Counted from the stretch's first letter, positions 24,630 to 37,464 are shown. The stretch is DNA of 64,000 nt from Botryllus schlosseri (GCA_051294905.1 CM119371.1:38628001-38692000), one strand, 5' to 3'. Made by a program: numbers and translations. The notes: generated from the letters alone by a model not told the origin.

Positions 24630-25230
24630 GCAATAATATCAATTTCTGCGCCTCATCGTAAAACTGGTGTAATACAGAAATTGATAAACGTCGATAGGAT
24701 TTGAAAAAACTGCCGAAACTACCATTAATATGAATGAGCGATAGAAAACCTTTCGCTCATAAGCAATATGACACTTTTTATCAGCAGACGTGATCACGAA
24801 TGCCGTATTGATGGTAAATTCGCTCGCTAATTGAAATGCTATGCCTGACCTTGATTGGAACTCATATTAGTAGTACACTATGCTTGTTTATTTAACTTGC
24901 AAGAAAACAAAACAGATCTAGCTAAAATGGATCACCTCATGATTTCCGAGACCATTATTCAACGAAGTTAATGACTGTTCAGTGTTCAGTGATCATCTTA
25001 TTCGCAAGCTGAGAGTCGAACTGCCTTCGTGTTATGCCTTTTCGCGAAGCGTCCGATTTCTTGCAATCCTACCCGTTCCAAATCCCTATTGTAACTTAGA
25101 TCGAATTTATCAACCTACAAAATACAGCAAATTATTCTGAAAACGACACACAAAATTGTGGAAACGAATGGATACCTCGATTTCACCAAAACATTCAAAT
25201 GCATGAATTTCATCGGGTGTAAGGTCGCAT
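24630..25230 (+). repeat. Third (innermost) left-side segment of the inverted duplication; partner 34194-34794
   Basis: 601-bp near-identical reverse complement. Confidence 0.95.
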
Positions 25231-25384
25231 AGTTAGTAGTAAGGTAGGGTCAAATTGTTGCCCCGCCCCTCAGGCTATTTAGAATGTAAACACTCTCATA
25301 ATATAATTAACGTCGGACTATGGCCAGTCCATGCTTCCGAGAAATAAATAACATTCATTATACGTTGGATGATACTTTTCCTTG

Positions 25385-26120
25385 ATATTCTATTATGTGT
25401 ATTTAGGACTAACGCGACAACGGTAGACTATCGCCGTGTGTATTTATGAGCATCTCTCGCCGCTACACTATCGAAACTTTCCTCTGACAGTCTATTATGT
25501 GTATTTAGGACTAATGCGACAACTATTGCGTAGAATATGCGTACTGAGCTGTTTTTGAGAATATGAATTCTCGCATAATACACTTAACGTTGAACTAGAT
25601 TTCATGACATCATCACAGAGGAATTGGGCGACTATCTAGATTGTAGGTTCGATTCTTGTAGTCACCACATTTCATACGATTCACTCATTTTCATGTCACT
25701 AAAATAAGGGTAATTAAATCGACGGATGTTCGCGAGATATTCTATTATGTGTATTTAGGACGACTTGATAAGTGGCTATATTCGCCAGATAATATTATTA
25801 TGTGTATTTTAAAAAAACTTTAAAATATTGGAGTAACATTCAGTTCCACGTATAACATTGGCCGCAGCGATTTTCAAGCTAATCAATTTTTAATATTATT
25901 ATGTGTATTTAGGACTTTATATTTTCGCAGATAATATGAGCTCTCAAATAACACGTTTTTGTGAATGTGAATTTGAATTCAATTGATTTATGTGCGTATT
26001 TATATCTGCAATAACACTTTGCTAACGGAAACCAGTTATTGTCATGATAACCAAAAACTATGATGTCTATGCAAGGCTATATTCACCAGATGTTATTATT
26101 ATGTGTATTTAGGACTTTGT
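25385..26120. repeat. Cluster of six irregularly spaced TATTATGTGTATTT(AGGAC) motifs
   Basis: Copies start at about 25391, 25493, 25743, 25796 (truncated), 25897 and 26097. Confidence 0.85.
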
Positions 26121-26523
26121 ATTTTCACGGATATTATGGACAACGCTGAACTAGGTGTGGTTTTATGATGATATATCAAAATTCTACACATCATCACTAA
26201 TTACTTAATATAAAATGCGATTTTGAGCGCTGCGACTTAATAATATTAATCCCTACGCTTCTGATGCATGATTTTTTGTGATAAGGACCTAGGTAACATT
26301 CAGAGTCTGCAACGATTGTTTGGATATACATTATAGCAATACCCCACCAAACTATAGGCGGTTATATTACTCTATTGGTCAGAGATAACTCATCCGTCCA
26401 TATTTTTAAACTTGATTTTATGTCTACAAGTTACGGTCTCTGCAGCCTCCACATTTTACGACTTATTTTCATTAGACGCAGGCAAGTTCCGAGTAGTCTT
26501 GTAGAATTTTCTAAAGTCGTAAC

Positions 26524-26660
26524 AGCTTAGTAGCATATACGCGAATCCCAAGGCGAAAATTATCAAACGAACTATAGCCGCCGGCGTGCGAAGCTTCAGT
26601 AGCATATACGCAAATCCCAAGGCGAAAATAATCGAACGAAGTTTAGCCGCAGGCGCGAGA
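26524..26660. repeat. ~69-bp tandem repeat, 2 copies
   Basis: agtagcatatacgc(g/a)aatcccaaggcgaaaat occurs twice. Confidence 0.85.
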
Positions 26661-28794
26661 TTCGCCGGGCTCTAATTACACAAACACTCTCTCTGCCTGT
26701 ACGCGAACCCTAGCGTTATAACGACATGGTCTAATTAGCGCATTCTGAAGCCATAAATTTATTCAACTTCATTGAGATAGCCATGATTTAAAGATGGTAA
26801 TCGAGTGTGACAATAGCACTCGTCAAGGTTATACAAACATAACCTTAAACTAATCTTTACTTCATAACATATAAGGTTTTAAAAGTAAGCAGATTTGTAT
26901 GAAAGCACGCTACATAGAAGTGAAAGTAGTCTAGAAACATAACTACTTACTGAAAATCGTTACGTAGAAGTGGGGTTAGTCTACAAATATAACCAGTAGC
27001 TTACTTTGAAATCTCTACTTGTACTTGTATTGGAGCAGAATTGTGACCGATACATTAATGATTTTAATACTTTGTATTTTAAATTACCCACACCTATGAG
27101 TCGAAATGTTCTTAAGTAACTCATGTTTTCAATATCACCTAAACGCAAAGCTCCAAAATTTCCATGTTGATCAAATACAACAAACTTTGCTTGCTTTCAG
27201 ACTTAGTAACAAAGCGCATAACAGATTTCACCTAAATAAGTCGGTACTCCGAAAATTTTGTAAAGTAGAGCTTTTGGCGTTGGACTTAAGTTCCAATGAA
27301 CAAGTGTTCACGTAGGTTCGAGGACTGAATGAGTCTTTTAAAGTAGATAGAAACGAAAAAACTAATCGAAAAAATTTACGAAGTTTGGATGCGGCATATT
27401 TAGGTTTTTTAAAAATTATTTATACCCACGATTCGAAATATTGTTAACTAACTTATGTTTTCGCCATAAGATAAGCGTGTAGTGTACAAATTTCGATGTT
27501 GCGCAATTACTACAAACTCCGCTTGGTTTCAGAGCTAACAACTTGAGCACTACGAAAATTTACAAGTACTTTACCTTTACACGACGTTTTTTGTAAAATG
27601 AATACTGATTTTCATAAAAATAAAATAAAAAAGAGCGAAAAACTACATTTTATCTCGGAACGCAAAATGAGAAATCGTTTCGATAATATCCAACATGCTG
27701 GTTCACTTCGAGGGTAATTTGTAAAACTCAAATATTGCATGGTAGAACTTCCCAAATTTTCGATTTATTTTTGCTATTTTTCTATTTCGTTAGTGCTCCG
27801 CCTTCAAATATCATGTTATATAAATATTATGTATACGGAACAAGTATAAATCTGACTATGCTGTTGCTATTTACAAAATTACCTCCCTCAGTAACCAATT
27901 TCGCGTAGACTATGCAATTTTGTAAGGTATATAGAAAACTACTTTTTAACTGTTACACTTATACTGCGAGTAGCGTTACACTGAATATTAAGTTGCTATT
28001 CTGAAAATTTTGTCAAGTTAATAGTTTAAAAAATTATACTTCTGCACTACGAAATGTACAAGTATACTTTACCTTTACACGACGTTTTGTAAAATGATTA
28101 CTAATTTTAATGAAAAATAAAAAATAAAAAAGAGCGAAAAATTAGATTTTATCCCGGAACGCAACAAGAAAAATCGTGTGAATTTTTAAACTACGTATTC
28201 GTTACATAATAATAATTCTACTTGTACACTTTTTCACATTTCATAACACTTTAAGTCATACTTAACAGTTTCAGTTTTAAATAAAATTCGGAATATAAAT
28301 TAATCGAAAAATTCGGTAACCAATTTCGCATAGGCTATGCATACAAATGAGGAAAGTTACATCAACGCGTGGTAACTAGTTGCATCGAGTTATCGAATGA
28401 TTTTTTTCCTTACATCAAAACAACTAGAATGTGTAACTATACATTAAAAATCGTTCCTAACCCTTTACACACCAGCGATAACTCGTACAAGCAACAAGTT
28501 TCGAGTATCGAGTTTTAAATAACGTGAAAGTATCACACCACAAACTGCGCTAGCCTACAAAGTTGATAAGTAAACAAGTACTTGCACTCCATCAGAATAC
28601 CAAAGTAGCAGAAGTATAGACCTAGAATGCTAACTTTCTTCGTAAATACCCACTTCTAGCTTAACTTAATGGATTTATCTAAGATCATTGCTTTACTTAA
28701 TCTCTCCAAAATGTGCATTATACAAGTACGTCACCATCGAATCCCTCTAGCTGTATCTATCTGGCAGTATAATTGCGGCAAATACTCGAGCACT

Positions 28795-29045
28795 AATTTT
28801 AAAGTAGCTTAGGTATCTAAATGAGCTCCAGGACATTGTGATTATGCAGCATACCAAATTTCATCACACATTTCATGATGGAACAACTTTAAAACTAACG
28901 CAGTTCTTTAGCAACTTTTGCAAGTTTTAGAAAATATTATACCGACATCGCGACATCTTTCAAAAACAAAAGCATGATCAAAGCTTGAGAGATCATTTTT
29001 GCTATTTTTCATTGACATAAGTCATTCTGGAGCGCGAAAACGCAT
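28795..29045 (+). pseudogene. Highly decayed relic of Bcl-2-like exon 1 and its upstream region
   Basis: aaagtagcttaggtatctaaatgagctc matches the sequence upstream of 22658. attctggagcgcgaaaac (ILEREN) matches attcttgctcgcgaaaac (ILAREN) after BH1. Confidence 0.45.
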
Positions 29046-29067
29046 TGTACGATATAGATGAAACTTG

Positions 29068-29605
29068 AGCAAATCCTAGGATCCTCATTTTCAAAGTAGC
29101 TTAGATCTCAAAATAAGCCGGGATTTACAAATTATCTTTAGCATGAGATATATAGTGTATCTGCTCTCTAGAGTCCATATCACCTCTCGATGATAAAATT
29201 CAGCTTTACCATCTAATTCGGTTCCCAATTTATATTCTACGACACGATAACTTTCCTCCGTATGATCATTAAGGCTTCTATCTTTATTGCAGGACGGCTT
29301 TGTAGAATTCTTTGATAATACCGCTTTATACTACAATAAAGTATGGAAGGGCCTCATGTTTTTCGGAATCGGACTGACATCTATTTCAATAGCATTATCA
29401 AGATAATGGATGTTCGCATGTTTTGTCTCATGTAATATTTTAAGAATATAATTCTTCATCGTTTAATCGCGTTCATTTTTCTGTAGGATGTATACAGTTT
29501 TTCTGAGAATACTCGAAAGATTGCCCCATAAGAAAACCTTCTTTGTACTTTTAATTTGTCAAATTTCTACAGCTACGTAAGGGAATTGTTAGGGTTACCC
29601 AGAAT
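29068..29605 (+). pseudogene. Bcl-2-like paralog lacking exon 1; exon 2 (29293-29406) still open
   Basis: Upstream region and ATG (29143) are joined directly to intron sequence. Exon 2 reads cag|DGFVEFFDNTALYYNKVWKGLMFFGIGLTSISIALSR*. 3' flank is homologous to 23500-23705. Confidence 0.85.
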
Positions 29606-29608
29606 GAC

Positions 29609-30800
29609 GATTTTTTCAATATATTTGAGAAATGACATAACGCACCTTTAGGGCTGTGCAATCTGTTTCATCGTTATACGCTTGTAAGTCGCCCCGAGCA
29701 TTCGCGTGTCAACGAGTATGCAGTAATCATTTTCTTCGCTACCTGAAATGGAACGATTTAGCTTCAAACTCAACGCATTAGCATAGCCAATTTAAGTATA
29801 GACGATAAATAATATACAGTATAGCTCTACCTAATTAATTCATAATATTGTAACCACAGCGAGATTCGAGTAATAAGCGGGGCTAGATAGTCTACCCTTA
29901 ACAGAGAACTTGCATATACATTCGAATTTATGCGACTTCGGCTATATTGCCGGTTAACATTATAGCCGCGCACAGGACTCATTATTACGTTATAGCTATT
30001 TAAATGGTACGATATAGGAGAAATCTCGGTACGCCGGCGATTTTTTCATAATAGTTGAGAAATGATATAACGCACCTTTAGGGCTGTGCAATTTGTTCCA
30101 TCATCATACGCTTGTAACTCGTCGCGGGCTTGAATGTGTCCGCGAATATATGCCGTGATCATTTTCTTCGCTACATGAAATGAGACGATGTAGCTTCAAA
30201 CTCAACGCATTAGCATGCTAAATTTAAAAAAAATAGGTCGTAAATAATATAGCGAAGCTCTACTTAATTAAATCTTAATATTGTAATAGCACAAATTATG
30301 ACGTAGCGTGATCTAGGTATAACTATAGATGTAATATATGATTATTCAGCATTCGAAATGATAAAGCTTCAGCCATGATACTCTGGTGATTTTTTCAATA
30401 TAATTGAGAAATGATATAACGCACCCTTAGGACTGTGCAATCTGCTCCATCATTATACGCTTGTAAGTCGTCCTGGACTTGCGTGTGTCAACGAGTATGC
30501 AGTAATCATTTTCTTCGCTACCTGAAATGGAGCGATTTAGCTTCAAACTCAACGCATTAGCATACCGAATTTAAATATAGACGATAAGTAATATACAGTA
30601 TAGCTCCACTCAATTAATTCACAATATTGTAACCACCGCGAGATTCGAGTAATAAGCGAGGCTAGAGAGTCTACCCTTAACGGAGAACTTGCATATACAT
30701 TCGAATTTATGCGACTTCGGCTATATTGCCGGTTAACATTATATCTGCGCACAGAACTAATTATTACGTTATTAGCTATTGGAGAAATCTCAACGTAATT
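29609..30800 (-). repeat. Three tandem 350-430-bp units, each containing a putative terminal exon (29742-29648, 30521-30427; middle copy broken)
   Basis: Units start at 29609, 30039 and 30388. Copies read tttcag|(G)SEENDYCILVDTR...QIAQP*/S*; the middle copy has its acceptor mutated to cat. Confidence 0.75.
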
Positions 30801-30898
30801 CAATCTGCGTGCACAATCCACGTAAGCTAATACCGCATCGAGAAATTATAGCTAAATTTAGTTTAAATCGATACAAAAATACATGGATCCTACCTTAC

Positions 30899-32065
30899 CT
30901 GTGATGCCTGCCTCGTTCGCCGTGCACATGAAAATACTTGGAACAGAAATGTGAAGTTTTCAGAATGCGAATTCCTTTACGTCGGAAGTAAACATTCTAA
31001 TTCGTATCGCCAACGCGGCATTTTCTTGGAAACGCAACTTTATTTATAATGTTCTAATTCGCATTGTCGATGTGGCCCGACTTCTTGGAATCGTAATCAA
31101 CTATATTCGTGGCACATTTACACGCGTCAATTTCTTGGAATAGTATTCGGCAACATGCGTGGCCCCAGCAATAATCGCGCAGACCTTAATGTTTTTGAGC
31201 TGCATAGCAATGAAATCTTTTGACTGCAAGCGCGAGTTCACAACTAACAAATATGTTAGATCGCACGAAATAATAGTCCCGAGTTGCGTAAAGTTAATGT
31301 TCTCCGCGTAGCTGAGATCGAGGTTTTTCAATTTTACCTACGGAAATGAGGTATTAGGAAATATGATGGTGCTGGATAAGTTTACTCAAAATAATCAGAA
31401 AATATTCGGATCCACCACTTTCTTGCAGATTGAGCTCTGTCGAAGCACACTGCTTCATCAGTTCGCAGATTAATGGGATGAGTTTTTCAATGTCGTTGTG
31501 TGCTGTAACGCTGAGTTTTCTTATTTCGACCTGAACGAGCGCAAAACTTAACGCATAAAACGCTAAATGATCTATGAACAGCCTAACACTGATCAACTCT
31601 GACTATAGTCTATCTAGTAAGGCTATCGAGACTAATGCCTATACCAGTAGCAAATGAGCATTATTCGCTGCGATACCACCAATTCGCGCCTTAACACATT
31701 AGTAATACAGAACAATGCGATAACGATAAAGCTGTATCTCGATATTTTACGGATAACATATACTGAAATAGAACGTGAATTTATAATGATCAATGACTAC
31801 GAGCGGAATGTGCGAAGGCGTATACCTCAGATTCAAATCCGCGAATTTTATCCAATAGAATCTTGACGAGGTTTTCATTGAGATGACATTGACGAAATTC
31901 TAACTCATACACGTGAGATTGGCGAATAAGAGAATTCGCGATATTATTTATGTCTAATTCAGTCATAGTTTGGTGATAGAGCCCATAAGGAATTTTCACT
32001 TCATCATGATCCGTAAGTACTAATTCATGGTACATCCTCTTTTCAGCTTGATGATGTAGATTATC
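30899..32065 (-). pseudogene. NLR/RI-type LRR gene remnant (exons about 32065-31826, 31530-31354, 31337-31185 and 31100-30899)
   Basis: ...LDINNIANSLIRQSHVYELEFRQCHLNENLVKILLDKI...|gt; cag|VEIRKLSV...TELNLQES; tag|VKLKNLDLSYAENIN...|gt. In-frame stops in two exons. Confidence 0.6.
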
Positions 32066-34193
32066 CTAAAATTATTTACTTTTATAACTCTATATTCTAT
32101 GATATAAAAATAGTATCATAAACGCTATCGGATGATATTCAACGTCGAGCAATTCTTCTCGAATATAAGTACAAGTAGCGATTTAAAGGTGCGTAAGTAA
32201 ATGTTTGTAGACTATCTCCCCCTCTAGCGTTCAGAGACGATGAGTAGAGAAGTACTGAGTACTCAAGTAGGTTTTCCCTACATACAGAAAATACTGGAAT
32301 GTTGGTGATATAGGGTCGTTTCTACTTCAAGACTGTTTCAGTATTAAACAAAAAATAGACCCCTGAATACTAACTTTTTACTTATGCAATAGCGATTACA
32401 AAGTAAGTAACTAACTGAATATGTTTGTAGACTATATCTCCACTTCTACCGTTCAGAGATGTTGAGCAGAGAAGTATATGTACTTCTTTAAAGTACTCAA
32501 GTAGGTTTTTGTCTACACGTACCAACTGCTCAAGTGTTTATGGCGCAGGAATGATTCATTAAGTATAGCGCAAGCAGGCCAAACCTGAACTTGAGTACTC
32601 CAAAATGTACAAGTACTTCGCTATGTACTCCTTCCACGTAAAAAGTGGCTAGGTTTTAGGTTACTTTATCGTTACTTGACAGTTTCAGTTTTAGATAAAA
32701 TTTGGTAAGACTTTAAATTTTAAAGTAGTTTGAGCTTACGTTTGTATCACCTTGACAAGTAACATTATCAGACATTCAAATTATATTATCACCTAATACA
32801 GAAGTTAACACGTCAATGTGCTTCGGAATTCACGAGAAATTGCATACTAAGAGAAGTATATTCTTGTATACACAATAGTGGAGAGAATCTTTAAAATGTA
32901 GTAAGCAGGCCGATGGGTATTCGTTGAGTTGTATTTAATCCCTATTATTGGCCCCGAACCCAGAGCGGGGCGGGCGGCATCCTCAGGATTGTCTCTTTAT
33001 TGTATTCGCGGACTCTTTTTTACCAGAACGGACCCATCTTAGAACCTCGAAACTTACAATATCATAACTTAAGTCTACGACAAATAGTCACAAGTCAACG
33101 GAGCCGGGTAGCCTATTCCTCGACGGTGTACGAAGGGTGACGACGCGCAACGGATGCCGCACGAGACAACTATTTACATCGTACCGAAGGCGTAACGATA
33201 TTTATGTAGCGATAAATATGACTCAAGTAAAAAAGTTTTATTGCCGTCGACTTTGACGATTAGCTCAATTTTTTACAGTCAATTTCAAAATTTATCAATT
33301 AGCTTGTGTCATTGATGAAATTAATGATAGCTTGTTGTTAAAAAACACCTTCGTTATTACAAGTACCCTACCACGATTATAATAAAGTATATAAATTATT
33401 CTTATAAAGTAAAAACCAAAGCTTAAACTTTTTGGATGTTTATTTCTAATAATTTAGTCCATACAATACTGGAAAATAATATAGTTTTGACTCTTGGATA
33501 AACTTTATGATGATGTAATTGGATTAACTCGATATTCTCATAGCGCATAAACTGTACAATGGTTGACTAAACTCTGCAAACTAGCATGATTTAGTCTTAT
33601 GTTATTGGCATATACGTGGAGGTGTTGGTACTGGAGCAGTTTCTTGCTTGAGTATATGTGCCACGTATCATCATTTTATCCGACTTATCGAAATATTGAA
33701 ATCGTCCAACACCAAAACACATTGGATGTTGATTTGATTGAATAATAATTTCATTTTCTGATCATGAATTCACGATAATTCACATATGCTACAGGTGATA
33801 AGAGGATGTATCATCAATCAATACTTATGGATCATGATCAAGTTGAAATTCCTTATGTTGAGTAATGTAGTGAGTAATGTAGTAATGTCAATAGTCATAT
33901 TCTTTATGACTGGTTGCAAAGAGTCCATTTGAGAGGAATCACGGAAATGCTATTTTAATCTCAGAACATTTCGCTAATCTATTATGACGTGACGCGCTAA
34001 TCAACATTTCTCTGTTATAAGTTTGTGATGTTTGTCTTCATCGCCGATTAATTCTGGTCGTAAATTGTCAGTTTCCCATATTCGTTTAGCGCCAATATCT
34101 CGACATCAGTTATAATTGTCTGGATGAAGAGTGTATGGCTGCACTGCCGCCCTTATTTTGTAAAGACAAAGCAGTTAGCCTTGTGATGAAAGG

Positions 34194-37100
34194 ATGCGAC
34201 CTTACACCCGATGAAATTCATGCATTTGAATGTTTTGGTGAAATCGAGGTAGCCATTCGTTTCCACAATTTTGTGTGTCGTTTTCATTATAATTTGCTGT
34301 ATTTTGTAGGTTGATAAATTCGATCTAAGTTACAATAGGGATTTGGAACCGGTAGGATTGCAAGAAATCGGACGCTTCGCGAAAAGGCATAACACGAAGG
34401 CAGTTCGACTCTCAGCTTGCGAATAAGATGATCACTGAACACTGAACAGTCATTAACTTCGTTGAATAATGGTCTCGGAAATCATGAGGTGATCCATTTT
34501 AGCTAGATCTGTTTTGTTTTCTTGCAAGTTAAATAAACAAGCATAGTGTACTACTAATATGAGTTCCAATCAAGGTCAGGCATAGCATTTCAATTAGCGA
34601 GCGAATTTACCATCAATACGGCATTCGTGATCACGTCTGCTGATAAAAAGTGTCATATTGCTTATGAGCGGAAGGTTTTCTATCGCTCATTCATATTAAT
34701 GGTAGTTTCGGCAGTTTCTTCAAATCCTATCGACGTTTATCAATTTCTGTATTACACCAGTTTTACGATGAGGCGCAGAAATTGATATTATTGCGTGACA
34801 ATGCTCAACTCGATCACGATACAAAACTCGTGGTTGATTTTGGGGATTCCAGTTCCATGAGCAGAATACAAGTTATATTTTAATAATCAGTACTGCGGCA
34901 GCTTCTCATTGATACTCGTTTTATCAAATTTAGTGCTCGACAAGCTGGTAAAAAATGGTCGTAAAATTGCGTTTGAACAAATGGAAAGTATGACGTAAAC
35001 CAAATGCAGTCAGCCGTTCAATCTCGCTATGCCCACACCATTTAGGACACCATGCTTGCATAATGGGTGGGCTGGACCCAGATTAAGAAACCTGCCTTCC
35101 ACAAACGCTGTTCTCGCTTGTAACGCGGTCCTGTTAATACAACACCATGAACGAAATACACTATTTGGCAGGCCGTGTTTTTTTTGGCATATGCCAAAAA
35201 TTGCTTATTTTTGGCATTTTCAAATTTTTATTTTTGGCAGTTTTGGCATCTTTCAAATATCACTGTGTAATTGCAGTGCGAGCAATATGGGCGCATGCCG
35301 CGACATTATCAGTAGAAATACACATCCCAAAGGTTTGAATTCGATCCTCGATATAGTTCTGCTCGATAGAGTCCGTCCAGCAATGAAGTTTATTGGAACA
35401 TTGAAGGTGGCCGTTAAATCTAATCGAATAATTTCAGAATTTGCGCCACCGAGAATCTCGTGTTGCATCAATATTTGACAACCTAATTCAACGCCATGCA
35501 CTGCAAATCGCGCAGTATTGATAACAAATCAAACACTGACAAGTGACTTCGAGTGAATACGAGTGTCTCAAGCGTACAAAAATTGGTATCCTACAGATGA
35601 TAGCAAACTAGAAAGCGCGCATCTAATCAGTAATTCCTCAACTTGCGTACAGCACAATGGGGTTCCAAATCTGACATCACGACGATTGTTTGCTCATTAT
35701 AACGACGTTTGAGCTGCATTTTCGCATTTCCCGATAAAAGTTGGCAAAGCCTTGTTAGAGTAATGAATAGCGCACTTTGCGGAGGAATGACTTTCTATTC
35801 TCAGGCATACAGAAACACACTGTCATATTTCGCGCTCAGAATTACTTATTAAATGATGGGCGCTAATACAATTTAATTAAGAAAAGGAGAACGTGAATTC
35901 GCTCGTCTGGTCGAGAGAGGAAATGTTGTTTCTCATCGCAAGCGTGTCGGAATCGACGTCGTAAACGAGGTTGCTTCGATTGTCTGATTACTAGTCACGG
36001 ATTACAATTTATTGGAGGCGTTTTAAGCATAAGTTTGTTGTCGCTGACGAAGATGCGTATTCAAATATTCGCGTGTGTATCGGTTGATGGTAAATAGTTG
36101 GCATTTACGCGCCATCACGGACTCGCTAATTGACAGCGCTGACGATTTAAAATCGCAGACGTCGGACGTTTAGTTTTATTGTATGGGGTGGCCGCCACCC
36201 CATAAATGTGGAATGGGGTGGCTGCGCCACCACGTCATCCCGTAACTCGGCGCCTATGAATTATAAGCCAACTTTTATATAGTGTCCAAGGAGACATGGA
36301 GATTATAATAGATATAGATTAATAAAATTTTAACATTGATTTGATGATAATGCACATACGTCAGGAACATTAACAAGATTTTATAATCCAGTCCAGTGGT
36401 TCTCAACCTTTTTTTAGACACGCCCCCCTTTTTGATAGTGAAAAATTTTGCGCCCCCTTATCTTCATATCACAAAATCCAACCAGGATGCCAGCAACCCC
36501 AACAGATTGTTTGATGGCATGGAAGGCTATGAGTGTTGATGAGAGAACTAAAATATGAAATGAGGTCTGTATATGGAGAAACACGCGTGAATTTGAGGCA
36601 AATCGCGTCGAGCGCGAAAATTTTTTCCAGTTTACCGCTTCTTCGCGCCCCCAGGTTGAGAAACACTGACGAGCCATCTTCAATCAATTCGTCAAAATTA
36701 AGGATGGTTATAGGTTGTGCCGATTCTTAGGACAGGATGGAAGTTTGAATATGTGGGCAGCGATCGGCTCATTGATATGCTGATTTTGCATTTGGTTAAG
36801 CTTCATCAGAACGCACAAACCTGACACATCATCATAACCAGTATGTTAGTACATACGTTTTGATAACAAAAGGCTTACTGAGTTAAACTAGCCTTCTTCA
36901 CGTTCTTTTGTGAGGACGATATCAACATAATTTACTGTTGTCCCAAACATTTGATTAATTCGGTGTATATTTTTCACCTCAGTATTTGATACATTGCGCC
37001 GATAGGCATGATGTTCGGATTCAAGTGATGTTTCAAATTGTAGCGACGAATTCATTACAATAATGTCATAATATTACAAGTAAAACATACTGCGCTATCC

Positions 37101-37383
37101 CCGACACCGATAATACCAATCAGTTAAATCTTCATTGATGGGAAAGCATTCATCTGGCACTTTTCGCTTTCAGTATTGATTTGAACAAGTTGTTACGATT
37201 GAAATGAGGCCATAGTTACGAACAATTTGCACCCAACTGCGCATAGGAAACGAGTCCACCTAACAAGCGTGCAAAATGTCTTTTCCAAGTACAACACTGA
37301 ACGTCGGCGTTCTAACTGAAAATCACAATTGTGATCGGAACTAATAGATTTCGGTTTTGCATTGCTAGGGTGTTTAACAACAG
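34194..37383 (-). repeat. Right arm of the inverted duplication: contiguous inverted copies of 24630-25230, 8497-8766 and 1-2321
   Basis: Junctions at 34791-34794 (GCAA microhomology) and about 35059-35064 (TG microhomology). Confidence 0.95.
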
Positions 37384-37464
37384 AAACGTTTCAAAATGCG
37401 TGGGTCCCGACTCGAGATCTGGCTACCTCATCAACAGCGAAAAGAAAAAATGGAATAATATTAA

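Noticed and set aside
25385..26120. CRISPR-like array or spliced-leader relics
   Set aside because: Spacing is irregular (about 53-250 bp period), the spacers share sub-blocks, there are no cas genes and the context is eukaryotic. Only 8 nt (ATTCTATT) match the Ciona spliced leader, and no donor or Sm site follows.
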